Shown here piece after piece: positions 1 through 10,237 of a DNA stretch of 64,000 nt. Where the stretch lies: the IMG/VR virus record IMGVR_UViG_3300026521_000471, positions 1 to 64,000 of that record; one strand, written 5' to 3'. The position numbers were made by a program, and so were the translations under genes. Numbering within the stretch: the first letter of the stretch is position 1; each line of letters starts with the position of its first letter. The notes below the pieces were generated by a model that saw only the letters and a list, made by a program, of their open reading frames with translations, did no database searches and had not been told where the DNA came from.

Positions 1-208
1 TGCTATCACACAAGCAGAGGAAAAAGTTAAAAATGAACTTTCAACAAAAGCTGATTTAGAAGCTGAAAAAGAAAGTCTTGAAAAAGTGCTTATGGAAGTA
101 ATGCAAAAACAAGCTCAAGCACAACAAGCGGATCAACAACCAAATGAAGCATCTGGATACGCTGAAAAGGTTGATGATTCAGATGTAATTGACGCTGAAA
201 TCGAGTAA
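1..208 (+). CDS. dnaK: DnaK (Hsp70), C-terminal end only (gene starts before the window)
   Basis: Frame 2 is open to TAA at 206-208 and ends ...QQADQQPNEASGYAEKVDDSDVIDAEIE, a typical DnaK tail; grpE and a J-protein follow. Confidence 0.85.
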   Translation, partial: AITQAEEKVKNELSTKADLEAEKESLEKVLMEVMQKQAQAQQADQQPNEASGYAEKVDDSDVIDAEIE

Positions 209-210
209 AT

Positions 211-426
211 TTGAGCTATATCTATTTCAAAGATGGGAAACCTATTTCCCATCGTTCTGCTATAAAAATTCTATTTAATCCGTTGTTAAGAAGATTATTT
301 GGAATTGCTATAGCATCTGAAATAGATAATAATAGATTCAAAAGGTATAAGATTATAAAACAAAGTGAGCCAAAAGATTGGTCATTTAAAATACCTTTTG
401 AATATGATTACAGAATAAAACAATAA
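211..426 (+). CDS. hypothetical protein
   Basis: 71-aa ORF filling the gap between dnaK and grpE. Confidence 0.5.
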   Translation: MSYIYFKDGKPISHRSAIKILFNPLLRRLFGIAIASEIDNNRFKRYKIIKQSEPKDWSFKIPFEYDYRIKQ

Positions 427-436
427 GGAGTTAGAA

Positions 437-949
437 ATGGCTACAAAAGTTCACGAAGATTTAACTGAAAATGAAAAATTAGATACAGTTGAAGTGGAAG
501 AAAGAGAGCAACCAGATGCCCCTGATGAAATTACAAAACTTAAAGATAAAGTTAAAGAGTTAGAAGATGAAAATCTAAGAACTCATGCTGAATTTCAGAA
601 TGTGAAGAAAAGACTTGAAAAAGAAAAGTTACAAGCTATCAAACATTCACATGAAAAGTTTTCATTGGATTTACTTGAAGTGTTAGATACTCTTTACTTA
701 GCAGAAACGGCTATTAAAGATGAAAAAGAAAAAGAAGGTATTTCTAATACAATTAAAAAATTAGAAACGGTTTTTAAAAAATATAATATTACAGAAACAC
801 TTTATGATATTTTTGATCCAAATGACCACCAAGCAATTCAAACAGTTGAATCTGATAAAGAAAGTGGTGAAATTGTAGAAGTACACCGTAAAGGTTATAA
901 AATCCATGATAAAATTTTAAGACCTGCTATGGTTTCTGTTGCGAGTTAA
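437..949 (+). CDS. grpE: GrpE nucleotide exchange factor
   Basis: LRTHAEFQNVKKR, LLEVLD, FDPNDHQA, GYKIHDKILRPAMVSV motifs; AAGGAG RBS. Confidence 0.95.
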   Translation: MATKVHEDLTENEKLDTVEVEEREQPDAPDEITKLKDKVKELEDENLRTHAEFQNVKKRLEKEKLQAIKHSHEKFSLDLLEVLDTLYLAETAIKDEKEKEGISNTIKKLETVFKKYNITETLYDIFDPNDHQAIQTVESDKESGEIVEVHRKGYKIHDKILRPAMVSVAS

Positions 950-1154
950 GGAGATGATTATGGAATTTGCTAAAAAGTTTAAGGAAAAGCTTAAAAAATA
1001 TGACGATTTAACCATGAAAGATAAGAAAAGTATTCTCCAATCTAATCTTGAAAAAGTTAAAGGGATTATAACTAGGTTAAAAACTAAAGAAGATAAATTC
1101 CAAAAATCACACCCTCAACATGATCCAAAATATAGTGGTTCTTGGGATTGGTAG
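939..1154 (+). CDS. hypothetical protein (true start probably ATG after AAGGAG, ~954-960)
   Basis: ORF with RBS inside the chaperone cluster. Confidence 0.55.
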   Translation: MRVKEMIMEFAKKFKEKLKKYDDLTMKDKKSILQSNLEKVKGIITRLKTKEDKFQKSHPQHDPKYSGSWDW

Positions 1155-1161
1155 GTAAAAT

Positions 1162-1980
1162 ATGAAAGAATTATATAAAACATTAGGTGTTCAGGAGAAT
1201 GCTACTGAACAAGAGATTAAGAAAGCATATAGAAAGTTAGCCAAACAGTATCATCCTGATAAGTGTAAAACTCCTGAGTGCGAGGAAAAGTTTAAAGAAA
1301 TCAACGCAGCTCATGAGGTTCTTTCTGATAAAGAAAAGAGAGCACAATACGATCGAGTAGGTGATGCTGCATTTGGACAGGGTGGCTTTCATCAGTATTC
1401 TCAACAGCATGCTGATGTAGACATTAGTGATATTCTTAATCAGATGTTTGGACAAGGTGGTTTTGGGAGAGGATTTAAGTCTTCATTTGATCCATTTGGA
1501 CAGGCAGGATTTAGTAACCGACCTATAAATTTAGATAGAGTTATTAGGGTTAGGATACCATTAGAGAAAGCTATCACAGGTGGTAAAATGAACATCGAAG
1601 GTGATACAGTTACTATCCCAAAAGGTGTTGGTCAGGGAACTAAATTAAGAGTTAAGGGGAAAGGTCATTCTCACGAAGGGAAAACTGGTGATTTGTACAT
1701 TCAGCTTGTAATTTCACCAGATATGAACTTTGATTTAGAGGGGAATACAATACATACTTCTTTAACTCTTAATATCAAAGAAGCAATCTTTGGGAGTTCT
1801 AAAGAAATTGATTTGTATGGTGAAAAGATAAAAATCAAGACCCCTAAAGATATTAAGTATGGACAACAACTTAGAGTAGCTGGAAAAGGCTTAAAAGGTG
1901 GAAACCTAATAGTACATGTAATTTATGAGTTACCTAAATCAACAGAAATTAAAGAATCTGATTTAAATTTTATAAAATAG
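1162..1980 (+). CDS. cbpA: DnaJ-family co-chaperone, class B (CbpA-like, no Zn finger)
   Basis: J-domain with HPD ([14 protein letters not shown]), G/F-rich linker, C-terminal domain GDLYIQL; no CxxCxGxG repeats. Confidence 0.85.
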   Translation: MKELYKTLGVQENATEQEIKKAYRKLAKQYHPDKCKTPECEEKFKEINAAHEVLSDKEKRAQYDRVGDAAFGQGGFHQYSQQHADVDISDILNQMFGQGGFGRGFKSSFDPFGQAGFSNRPINLDRVIRVRIPLEKAITGGKMNIEGDTVTIPKGVGQGTKLRVKGKGHSHEGKTGDLYIQLVISPDMNFDLEGNTIHTSLTLNIKEAIFGSSKEIDLYGEKIKIKTPKDIKYGQQLRVAGKGLKGGNLIVHVIYELPKSTEIKESDLNFIK

Positions 1981-2241
1981 TTAGATGAATTCTTCAGGGA
2001 ATTCATCTTCTAATGCTTCAATCATTTTTATATAAGTTTTTATATATTCCTTTGATTTTATACCTTCATCAACTAAATATACTACCATTTTTTTAGCACT
2101 TTCTACTTCGGCTTTAATAGCTGATCGTCCAATACACTCATATCCCCATATGTTTTGAGCAGTACGAGATTCTGTATCACCGGTTACTGAATCAATGTCA
2201 AATGGATAATTAATATTCACATAATATTCTTTATATTTCAT
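1981..2241 (-). CDS. small protein with C-terminal PE-tail (FPEEFI)
   Basis: ORF track; AGAGGA RBS; shared terminal motif. Confidence 0.7.
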   Translation of the reverse strand: MKYKEYYVNINYPFDIDSVTGDTESRTAQNIWGYECIGRSAIKAEVESAKKMVVYLVDEGIKSKEYIKTYIKMIEALEDEFPEEFI

Positions 2242-2260
2242 TAATCCTCTTTAATTCAAA

Positions 2261-2282
2261 TTAAGTTTTTATATGATATAAT
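2261..2282 (+). promoter_or_regulatory. class I (host sigma70-type, early) promoter TTAAG-N11-TATAAT
   Basis: Identically spaced motif recurs upstream of 12 transcription units in the window. Confidence 0.7.
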
Positions 2283-2313
2283 ACCAAATATTAAATTAAA
2301 AAGGTCTTAAAAA

Positions 2314-3339
2314 ATGTACGAACTTAAACCATATTTTTATAAAAAATTAAATATTCCCTCTGAAGAAGATTATATTTCTAAACAGTTCTCAAAAATGCCA
2401 CCATCGAATGATTATAAAGTTATAAAAGAAAAGGAACAAGAACTAAGAAAATATTATTTTAAAATAATCAACTTTATTAGAAACAAGACTAATGCTACGG
2501 ATGAAATAAATAAAAAAATTGAAAAAATGAATTTGATTCATAATTTACCATATTTTAAGAAATTACTATTAGTTACCTTTGTAGAAGAATATGAATTCCA
2601 TTCATCTCATAACCCATTTGATTATGAAACAAAACCTAAATCTTTTAAAGATATAAATGATTATCTATTGATACCTCCATTAGATTATCTCAAAAATTAT
2701 CTTGAAAAAGTTGAATCGTATAATAAGCGGTTTGACAGTTTAATTGAAAAATTGATGGTATCAGTCAATAGTTTTAGTGATAAATTTACTAAGAATAGAA
2801 TTTTAGTAAAATATCTACAAGCGATTAAGCAAGATAATAGGTTGGAATCTATTTTTTATATGGGTGTAATAAAGCCTCATATTAAATTAAAAATTTTTCA
2901 TAAAGAGAATCTTTTATTACCGTTTAATAAAAAGAGATTTGATTTAATAGAAAAACTATTTACTAAATTTGGAAATGGTAATTATTATAAGTATGGTGAA
3001 TTATGGGATGTTTATTATCAAGATGATTTGAATAAGGTATTGCAATTTAATAAAGACGAAGTGTTATCATTATATGATTTAGTAATGTCCGATAAAATTT
3101 CTGCGAGATTGAACCAACGAGTTATTTTGCTTATTTTGATAGAATTATTGAATAAGCATAATGAAAGTGAGTTAGTAGAAAATTTATTTTTGAAATTTTA
3201 TTACGTCTTTAATAAAGTAGTTGTTGGTCGAATGGATTTTGATAGCTATGAAGATGATGATCTTTGGTTTATAAGACAAAATGTATCAACTGAAACTTAT
3301 AACAAGATTGTAGAAATTATAAAGTCGAGAAAAGATTAA
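2314..3339 (+). CDS. hypothetical protein
   Basis: 341-aa ORF with RBS behind a class I promoter. Confidence 0.7.
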   Translation: MYELKPYFYKKLNIPSEEDYISKQFSKMPPSNDYKVIKEKEQELRKYYFKIINFIRNKTNATDEINKKIEKMNLIHNLPYFKKLLLVTFVEEYEFHSSHNPFDYETKPKSFKDINDYLLIPPLDYLKNYLEKVESYNKRFDSLIEKLMVSVNSFSDKFTKNRILVKYLQAIKQDNRLESIFYMGVIKPHIKLKIFHKENLLLPFNKKRFDLIEKLFTKFGNGNYYKYGELWDVYYQDDLNKVLQFNKDEVLSLYDLVMSDKISARLNQRVILLILIELLNKHNESELVENLFLKFYYVFNKVVVGRMDFDSYEDDDLWFIRQNVSTETYNKIVEIIKSRKD

Positions 3340-3692
3340 TGAAATCTGAAAAAATATATACTCCCAACGGTCTTTATTTAACAAAATCTGGAAGATTACA
3401 TATTCCTTGTAAATTCAATGATATTAGAATACCGGATAGTTTAGAAAATAAATATGTTGTAATAGTTGCATATGGTGGAAGAATCAACCTTAAAAAAGTA
3501 GGGAAAGTTATTAAGGAGATAGAACATAATTATGGTTCACAAGCTTGTTTCTTACCTCCTAAATTTTCTACTATTAAATCGTATGAGATTGAATTACTTG
3601 ATGGTACTATCGTTTCGGATATTTATAACGATCAAGTTTATCCTTTAACGGGTGGAGAGTTAGAGGACATATTAAATTTTATACAAGATTAA
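3339..3692 (+). CDS. hypothetical protein
   Basis: TAATG coupling to the upstream ORF. Confidence 0.65.
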   Translation: MKSEKIYTPNGLYLTKSGRLHIPCKFNDIRIPDSLENKYVVIVAYGGRINLKKVGKVIKEIEHNYGSQACFLPPKFSTIKSYEIELLDGTIVSDIYNDQVYPLTGGELEDILNFIQD

Positions 3693-3710
3693 GTATAAAT
3701 TTAATATAAT
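3689..3710 (+). promoter_or_regulatory. class I promoter TTAAG-N11-TATAAT
   Basis: Motif match upstream of 3744. Confidence 0.65.
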
Positions 3711-3743
3711 TTAATATAATTTAAAAAAATAAGAAGGATTAAA

Positions 3744-4298
3744 ATGGATTTTGGTATTGTAACAGGTTTTTTCGCCGCAATGGTATGGTGGGAGATTATT
3801 ATTTTTGTCGGGTTATTTATGGTATTCTCTGCGTTCGTATTTGATGAACGAGGTAGTATCCCTTTTATTGCTGCAGCAATTATGCTTTTTGTTGATTGGA
3901 CTGGGAAAGGACCAATAATTTCATTCCATTCTACTTTAGATAGTTGGATATGGATTCTAGGATATTTACTAATTGGATTGATTTGGTCTTTCTTTAAATG
4001 GGGTAGATATGTTAAATATGCTATTGACAGATATGATGATGAAGAAGATGTTCGTCGGAAATTAAAGCAATTTTCAAATGACACAATCGCCTATTGGATT
4101 ATTTGGTGGCCATTTAGCTTAATCGGATTTATTTTTGAAGATGCAATTGATTGGGTTATTCATAGATTTAAAGGAGTTTATAATCTTATTGCAGATAAGA
4201 TGATTGTATCTGCTTTAAATTCAAAAAAATTGGATACTAATAGTTCTAATCTTGAAAAAAAAGTTAAAACAAATTTGGAAACTGATTGGAGGACTTAA
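3744..4298 (+). CDS. multi-pass membrane protein
   Basis: Several hydrophobic segments; AAGGA RBS. Confidence 0.75.
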   Translation: MDFGIVTGFFAAMVWWEIIIFVGLFMVFSAFVFDERGSIPFIAAAIMLFVDWTGKGPIISFHSTLDSWIWILGYLLIGLIWSFFKWGRYVKYAIDRYDDEEDVRRKLKQFSNDTIAYWIIWWPFSLIGFIFEDAIDWVIHRFKGVYNLIADKMIVSALNSKKLDTNSSNLEKKVKTNLETDWRT

Positions 4299-4321
4299 AT
4301 CCTCCAACTAAGGAAATATAA

Positions 4322-4663
4322 ATGTACTATGAAACACATATTACTTACAATAAACCTCTTTCACATATACGTAATCTACTACCAAATTTAAAATCGACAA
4401 AGCAACAAATTATTTCTGTAAAAATTATTAAAACTGAATCAATGACAGAAAATAATAAAGGTGTTTATTGTGTATTAAAAGATTATAATTTTGAAACTAT
4501 TGGTTTTATATCGACTACTCGCAAAGCTGCTTATGATATAGCACTTAAACATTGTGTACTTCCAGAAGAGAATAGTAGACTAATATATGATTTTAAAGCT
4601 ATGGATGATAGAAAAGAAATTTTAGAGACAGTTTCTAAAGATTTTCCAGAGTTATTAATATGA
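4322..4663 (+). CDS. small protein with PE-tail (FPELLI)
   Basis: Terminal motif; its C-terminal ~25 aa resemble the next ORF (F.A.DD.....L..(V/I)S..(F/Y)PEL). Confidence 0.7.
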   Translation: MYYETHITYNKPLSHIRNLLPNLKSTKQQIISVKIIKTESMTENNKGVYCVLKDYNFETIGFISTTRKAAYDIALKHCVLPEENSRLIYDFKAMDDRKEILETVSKDFPELLI

Positions 4664-4989
4664 TTACTGTGTTGGAACTATTATATCTTAATCGTACAGA
4701 CCAAACTATTCTACATACATTATATACTGATAATGTTTTGATAGGTATGGATTTATATGAAGTTGATGAAGAATTATCATCAAAAGCGATAACAGAATCA
4801 ACTTCTATTAATGTATCAGATCAGTTTGAAAAACTTATTATTAAAGGTGAACGTAAAGCTGTATTGATAGAAGCATTAAAAACATTTAGACCCCCAAAAG
4901 GGGAATGTGTAGAAAAATTTGATGCCGAAGATGATAAAGAAAAAATACTAAAAATAATTAGTGATGAATATCCAGAACTAATTATTTAA
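4660..4989 (+). CDS. small protein with PE-tail (YPELII)
   Basis: ATGA overlap; terminal motif. Confidence 0.7.
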   Translation: MITVLELLYLNRTDQTILHTLYTDNVLIGMDLYEVDEELSSKAITESTSINVSDQFEKLIIKGERKAVLIEALKTFRPPKGECVEKFDAEDDKEKILKIISDEYPELII

Positions 4990-5031
4990 AAAAATGTAAA
5001 ATATATTATATACCAATAAAAGAGGAAACAA

Positions 5032-5241
5032 TTGACAAAGCAAGAAAAAGAGTTAGTGAAAAAAATTGAGGCTGTAATGGCTAGAAAAAAGATTGATGGA
5101 AATCCACAAGATTTTTATTCAGTTGAAAAAAAATCAACTAACAATTATGAAGGCACAGTTGAAGTCGGAAATATATTTATAATCGCAAAGGGTAAAGATA
5201 TTAAATCGACGATTAAACAGTTATCAAAAGAATTAAATTAG
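5032..5241 (+). CDS. hypothetical protein
   Basis: TTG start with GAGGA RBS, TGTAAAAT motif at 4995. Confidence 0.6.
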   Translation: MTKQEKELVKKIEAVMARKKIDGNPQDFYSVEKKSTNNYEGTVEVGNIFIIAKGKDIKSTIKQLSKELN

Positions 5242-5250
5242 AAGGTAAGT

Positions 5251-6222
5251 ATGAATACTATCATAGAAACGATTTTAGAAGAAAGATACCCAGAATATAA
5301 AATGTTACCGATCATTGAAGATTTAGATATGGATAATCCACGAGAAGATTTCTGGGATAATCTATCTGAAAAAGAGGTTTATGATATTAATAAAGAATAC
5401 CTAGAAAAAATCGCTAATCCTAAATATGATTATCTTGTGTGTTGGGAACCTGGTAGATTAAATGAAGATGAAAAAATTACCGATTTTAACTCTCTTTATG
5501 AATTTGATTATAGCTGGTGGGATTATCAAAAGCAGGCTAGATATGATAGTGTTACAGAATATAAAGAATGGATGGAAAAGGGTAGCGAATATTGGACACC
5601 TGAAAGAGTAGCTACAACTATTAATGAATTAAATGCAGAATATGAAAATGGTTATTCAATTTATTGTACAGGAGATTGGATTCGTTTAATTGAATATGGT
5701 ATTTTTAGATACGCTCAAATTATCTCTGCTAAATGGTTTATATATTATCGTTTAGAATCTTTAATTTCAGATCTACAAGATAAATATTTGCCATATTCTC
5801 TTAATGAAGAAAAGATGGATTTTACCCAGCTTTTAAATGAACCAGATCCAACTAAGAAATATAAAGCGAACGGTAGAGAATTAGAATTAGAATCTTTACA
5901 AGAAAAAATTAGAGAATATGAGAGAAAACAATTAGGACGAATTATAGATAATGAGATGAAAAAATATAATTTTTCTGGTAAAGTATTTCGAGAAGATAAA
6001 GGTTACAATGAAGGAAAAGATTTTGATCCTTTTACAAGTTATATTTTTTGGGATGAAGAGTCATTAAAAAATATAAATCCTAAATCATTTGTTAAAGATA
6101 TTAATGCTAATTTGGAAGATATTGATAAATTAGAGTCTATTATAAAAGACTTAGAACATATAGTTGAAGATGATTTTATGAGATTTTATAATGCAAATAG
6201 AGATAGATACTTATCAAAATAA
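5251..6222 (+). CDS. hypothetical protein
   Basis: 323-aa ORF. Confidence 0.7.
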   Translation: MNTIIETILEERYPEYKMLPIIEDLDMDNPREDFWDNLSEKEVYDINKEYLEKIANPKYDYLVCWEPGRLNEDEKITDFNSLYEFDYSWWDYQKQARYDSVTEYKEWMEKGSEYWTPERVATTINELNAEYENGYSIYCTGDWIRLIEYGIFRYAQIISAKWFIYYRLESLISDLQDKYLPYSLNEEKMDFTQLLNEPDPTKKYKANGRELELESLQEKIREYERKQLGRIIDNEMKKYNFSGKVFREDKGYNEGKDFDPFTSYIFWDEESLKNINPKSFVKDINANLEDIDKLESIIKDLEHIVEDDFMRFYNANRDRYLSK

Positions 6223-6574
6223 TAAATTATATTATGGTATGAAAGGTTCTGATCAACGTACTAGATTATTGGCATTTAGGCGACAAAAATTCATGAATAC
6301 ATTTCTAGATGATTACCCTGATATTTATTTAAAATTACAAACTAATGAACTTATGTTTCTAAAAATTATATATCAAATGAGAAAATTAAAATTTAATGAT
6401 ATGTCGAAGTTAGTATATTCAATGAATAGTAGTTATTTAGAAGTAGTGAATACTAAAGAGTTTAAACTTTTAATTAAAAGGTTTAAACATTACTTAAAAT
6501 ATGGTGAAAATACAAAAGAAGAGCTAAAAGAAGTTATGAGTATAAATTTTAGAGCTCTTCCATCATATTGGTAA
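6191..6574 (+). CDS. hypothetical protein
   Basis: ORF track. Confidence 0.55.
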   Translation: MQIEIDTYQNNKLYYGMKGSDQRTRLLAFRRQKFMNTFLDDYPDIYLKLQTNELMFLKIIYQMRKLKFNDMSKLVYSMNSSYLEVVNTKEFKLLIKRFKHYLKYGENTKEELKEVMSINFRALPSYW

Positions 6575-6575
6575 T

Positions 6576-6893
6576 TTACTCGTTATTCTCTGAAGCTGTT
6601 GGAGCCTGAAATTTATCTATTTTCATATACTCGATATAATATTTTTTTATACCATTAACTTCATCTTTTTCATTTTCAAATCCTGCATCAGTAATAGAAA
6701 ATTTATTCATTGGGTTATTCTCTAACTCTCTTAGTGTAAAATTATCTAGTTTTATATACAATCCATCATCATCATCAAATTTTACTTCTGGTGCTTCTGA
6801 GTTAAAAATTCTTTCTAATTCATTTTTAACCATATCGATTTTAATGAAGTTATTTGGATAAATTTTTGTTTCTAGTAGATCTTTTAATTTCAT
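6576..6893 (-). CDS. putative late protein with MKLKDLLE leader
   Basis: AAGGA RBS; GATAAATA at 6912-6919 (minus); leader resembles those of 13283 and 13658. Confidence 0.65.
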   Translation of the reverse strand: MKLKDLLETKIYPNNFIKIDMVKNELERIFNSEAPEVKFDDDDGLYIKLDNFTLRELENNPMNKFSITDAGFENEKDEVNGIKKYYIEYMKIDKFQAPTASENNE

Positions 6894-6917
6894 ATTATTT
6901 CCTTTTTCTTTTATTTA

Positions 6918-7442
6918 TCAAAATACAAATATATCTTGGACATCTTTTGGTAAATATTGTGGATCATCTGTCAATTCATAAAGAATTAAATCTAATTCAT
7001 TTTTAGGTTTGTTCATTATAGATGAAAAATGTTCATAAAATTCACTACCATATTTTTCTAAAGTATCTACAAATAATAATAGTTTTCCTCCACCCATATA
7101 ATCCATTTCTAATTCATTATTTTTAAATCCTGAACTTACAATAATTGTTAAATCTGCATCTAATATATTAAAATTATTAAGATATTCTTCATCAAATTTA
7201 ATATCGTAAGGGTTATATAAATCTCTAATTAATACATTGATATTATCATATACATTATCTATATTTAAACCTATATACCAACTGATAGGTTCATTGACAT
7301 CTTCAAAATACATTTCACTATCATAGTTTGCTTCATATTTTTCAGCTATATTTTGAAAGATTTTATCTAGTTGTTTTTTTACAGGATTAGATGACTTTTC
7401 CAGCCAATTACTTAATTTTTCTATATCGTTCATACTTAACAC
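6918..7442 (-). CDS. protein with second tail family (YELTDDPQYLPKDVQDIFVF)
   Basis: C-terminus aligns with 10238..10996; AATAAATA upstream. Confidence 0.7.
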   Translation of the reverse strand: MLSMNDIEKLSNWLEKSSNPVKKQLDKIFQNIAEKYEANYDSEMYFEDVNEPISWYIGLNIDNVYDNINVLIRDLYNPYDIKFDEEYLNNFNILDADLTIIVSSGFKNNELEMDYMGGGKLLLFVDTLEKYGSEFYEHFSSIMNKPKNELDLILYELTDDPQYLPKDVQDIFVF

Positions 7443-7502
7443 CTTATCTATTTTTAAGTATTTATTATGTATAATTGATAAAATAAATAAAAAGGATAAA
7501 AT

Positions 7503-7829
7503 ATGTGGACATCGGAAAGAATTAAATTAACTGATAATTCTATGCATTTAGTTTCAAGGTTGATTATATGGTTTTTATTTTGGGAATTTATTTTTAGTAT
7601 TGTATTTTTAATTAATGGTAATGCTGACTTTATAGGATTTGGCCTGATTCTAATAACGATTGTTGGTGAATATATTTTAGCAAAGACTAGCCCCAGTAGA
7701 GTTCCAGTTGAGGTATCAAATTATATTGTTTCACTTATCAAAAATAAACCTGCTGTAGTTACCTACTATCTTCCTGATGGTGTTGAAAAAGATGAAGAAG
7801 ATATGAAAAAAAGAATTTATAAACTATGA
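7503..7829 (+). CDS. membrane protein
   Basis: Two hydrophobic helices; AAGGA RBS. Confidence 0.65.
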   Translation: MWTSERIKLTDNSMHLVSRLIIWFLFWEFIFSIVFLINGNADFIGFGLILITIVGEYILAKTSPSRVPVEVSNYIVSLIKNKPAVVTYYLPDGVEKDEEDMKKRIYKL

Positions 7830-8257
7830 GAGAATTTATACCATTTGTTAAAGATATTGAAAAAGGTGTAGATTATTTTTGGGTTAGTTTAAAAGATGGA
7901 TGTTTTTATAGAATTAGATTAAATTCACTTACTTCACAAGATAACTACGATATGAGAATAATCGAATTAATAGATATTGGATATTATACTGATAAACCTA
8001 TGGAAGAATTATTGAGTATAAAATCATTTCATAAAAATGAGTTACAAGTACATTATTCATATGATGATGCAAAATTAAATTATCTCCTTTATGCCATTAC
8101 TAATAATATACTATTTGAATTTGAAAAGATGATCGATATAAGTTTTGAGTTGTATGTTATACTAATAAAACGTCCGGAAGTCTATATAAAATATATCGAT
8201 AAACTGATGGTATCTAGTATTTTTAAAACTATGTTAGAAGGTAAGTTTAAGCGATAA
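7826..8257 (+). CDS. hypothetical protein (internal RPEVYI motif)
   Basis: ATGA overlap. Confidence 0.65.
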   Translation: MREFIPFVKDIEKGVDYFWVSLKDGCFYRIRLNSLTSQDNYDMRIIELIDIGYYTDKPMEELLSIKSFHKNELQVHYSYDDAKLNYLLYAITNNILFEFEKMIDISFELYVILIKRPEVYIKYIDKLMVSSIFKTMLEGKFKR

Positions 8258-8420
8258 GTGCTATATAAATAGCCAATAGTAATAAAGCTATACTGTTTAT
8301 ACTTAGAACCACAATTATTATTTTTATACTTTTTTCTAATTGTTCTGCTGTGCTAGTATCTATATTCATTTTTTCTAATTCATCCTTGATTCGTTGTTGT
8401 AATTGTGCCATTTTATACCC

Positions 8421-8678
8421 TTAAATAAAAAATTCGGGATATTTCTTTATCCCTGTATCTATCAAATATTTATCAGATTTTTTAATAAAATAAAACCCTT
8501 TTTTATAGCTCTTAGCAAGGTAACTATAAAATTCACTTTCTATATTAGTTTCAAATTCTTGAATATTATCAAAATTATGAGTAATATTGAAAACATTTAT
8601 ATATGGTTCTTTCTTATTATCAATATCTATACGTATTTCCATATCACTACCATACTTTAGTTTTATAAACCATTTCAT
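8421..8678 (-). CDS. small protein with PE-tail (YPEFFI)
   Basis: Terminal motif; coupled array. Confidence 0.7.
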   Translation of the reverse strand: MKWFIKLKYGSDMEIRIDIDNKKEPYINVFNITHNFDNIQEFETNIESEFYSYLAKSYKKGFYFIKKSDKYLIDTGIKKYPEFFI

Positions 8679-9037
8679 ATGAATAGCTCTGGAAATTTAT
8701 TAATTAGATAATATTTATTTTTATTTATGATTGAATATTTCCAATCCAAATAAATAGCTTCCATATAAATCAATGATAGAATATCATCTTCCCCTCGTTT
8801 TTTTAAAAGACCTGTTTCTAAGAATCTTTTTAGTCGAATTTGTTTTTCTAATGATGTAGTCTGTTCGATAATATTAAAGTGTTCATCGAGAGTAATAAGA
8901 GTTAGTTCATAGACACTTTTATCCATATCAAGTAATTCTTGCTTTATACTAGTATTTGATATATCTTGAATAAAAGCCTCTTTATCATCTTCCGTCATAG
9001 AATTATACAGTCGTCTAATACGTTTTAAAAGAATCAT
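8675..9037 (-). CDS. small protein with PE-tail (FPELFI)
   Basis: Terminal motif; coupled array. Confidence 0.7.
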   Translation of the reverse strand: MILLKRIRRLYNSMTEDDKEAFIQDISNTSIKQELLDMDKSVYELTLITLDEHFNIIEQTTSLEKQIRLKRFLETGLLKKRGEDDILSLIYMEAIYLDWKYSIINKNKYYLINKFPELFI

Positions 9038-9327
9038 ATAAAATCCTCAGGACACATATTTGCAGCAGTATTTATAAACGGTTTAAGAGTTCTAATAGCA
9101 TCTCTTGACATATTATTTTGTCGTTTATATAATGCTGCAATTATTTTATGAAATTCATTTTCTTCTTCAATTTTTAAAACTTGATATACTACTGTATCAA
9201 ATCCTCCACCAGGATTAAAATGATTTTCTTTTCTTTTATAATTTGTTTCGTATGGTATTTTTGTTATATAAAGATCTAAAATAAAATCAGATTTACCAAT
9301 AACTGCGATTTTCCATAATTTTTTCAT
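9034..9327 (-). CDS. small protein with PE-tail (CPEDFI)
   Basis: Terminal motif; coupled array. Confidence 0.7.
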   Translation of the reverse strand: MKKLWKIAVIGKSDFILDLYITKIPYETNYKRKENHFNPGGGFDTVVYQVLKIEEENEFHKIIAALYKRQNNMSRDAIRTLKPFINTAANMCPEDFI

Positions 9328-9626
9328 AAGTAATACTCCGGAAATTTATTTAGAGGATATGTTTTATCAAATTCATATTTTAGATTTTCAAGCGTATTGA
9401 CTAGCAAAGTATATTTTGTTGCTATTGAATTATTTAATGTTGGACAATCTAAAGACCCTTTAGCAATTTTTTGCTGAAACGTATATTCTTTAAGAAAACG
9501 ATTAGGTGACATAATTTGTAAGACATCACCCAAATCTTTTTTTTCATATAGAAAATATTTCATATCTATTAATTGTGCATACTTATCTAAAATTAAAAAT
9601 GGTAGATCTATTTTATTTTCTTTCAT
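9324..9626 (-). CDS. small protein with PE-tail (FPEYYL)
   Basis: Terminal motif; coupled array. Confidence 0.7.
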   Translation of the reverse strand: MKENKIDLPFLILDKYAQLIDMKYFLYEKKDLGDVLQIMSPNRFLKEYTFQQKIAKGSLDCPTLNNSIATKYTLLVNTLENLKYEFDKTYPLNKFPEYYL

Positions 9627-9641
9627 AATTCATTCCTATTT

Positions 9642-10022
9642 TTAAACATATAATTCTGGATACTTTTCAGAAAATATTTTATAATGTTTTGTGAAATTAG
9701 TTTGTTTATCAAAATCTTCTAATCGTTTTTTAAGTTCTATATATTTTTTACGTTGTAGTTTAGTAGCATAAGCTTGAGCTTTTTCAAATTCATCTTCAAA
9801 GAAAAAAAGACCAGCACTTGCATCACAACCAAAACCACCTTCAAAATCTAAGAATTTTTTCTTTTTTGTTTCACTAATTGCTATAGTAACAGATGATTTA
9901 TAAGGGAATTGATAATCATCAACATGATGACGATATTTAAGATCCTTTGGAACAATATAAAAAGTGTATGTGCCTAATTTGAGTTCTCTTTTGAGTCTAT
10001 ATTTAAATTCGTGAAAGTTCAT
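9642..10022 (-). CDS. small protein with PE-tail (YPELYV)
   Basis: Terminal motif. Confidence 0.7.
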   Translation of the reverse strand: MNFHEFKYRLKRELKLGTYTFYIVPKDLKYRHHVDDYQFPYKSSVTIAISETKKKKFLDFEGGFGCDASAGLFFFEDEFEKAQAYATKLQRKKYIELKKRLEDFDKQTNFTKHYKIFSEKYPELYV

Positions 10023-10023
10023 C

Positions 10024-10185
10024 CTAACCCCTTTTATAAATAATGAAGATAACTACAATAACCAATGTTGTTATTAAGATTGCAGGTACACCAGCGGCTT
10101 GTGAAGTAACCAATTCAGCTTCACTAACTTCAGCATTATAAAAAATATTAGCAGGGTGCCATGAAAAAGCTGGATTAGTTATCAT
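10024..10185 (-). CDS. 53-aa single-TM protein (not in ORF track)
   Basis: MITNPAFSWHPANIFY...PAILITTLVIVVIFIIYKRG; AAGGA RBS; first gene after the minus-strand class I promoter. Confidence 0.55.
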   Translation of the reverse strand: MITNPAFSWHPANIFYNAEVSEAELVTSQAAGVPAILITTLVIVVIFIIYKRG

Positions 10186-10208
10186 AATTATCCTTTTTAA
10201 TTTGGATA

Positions 10209-10230
10209 ATTATAACATAATGAGTCTTAA
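10209..10230 (-). promoter_or_regulatory. class I promoter TTAAG-N11-TATAAT (minus strand)
   Basis: Reverse complement reads TTAAG ACTCATTATGT TATAAT; heads the minus-strand PE-tail array. Confidence 0.7.
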
Positions 10231-10237
10231 GGGTAAA

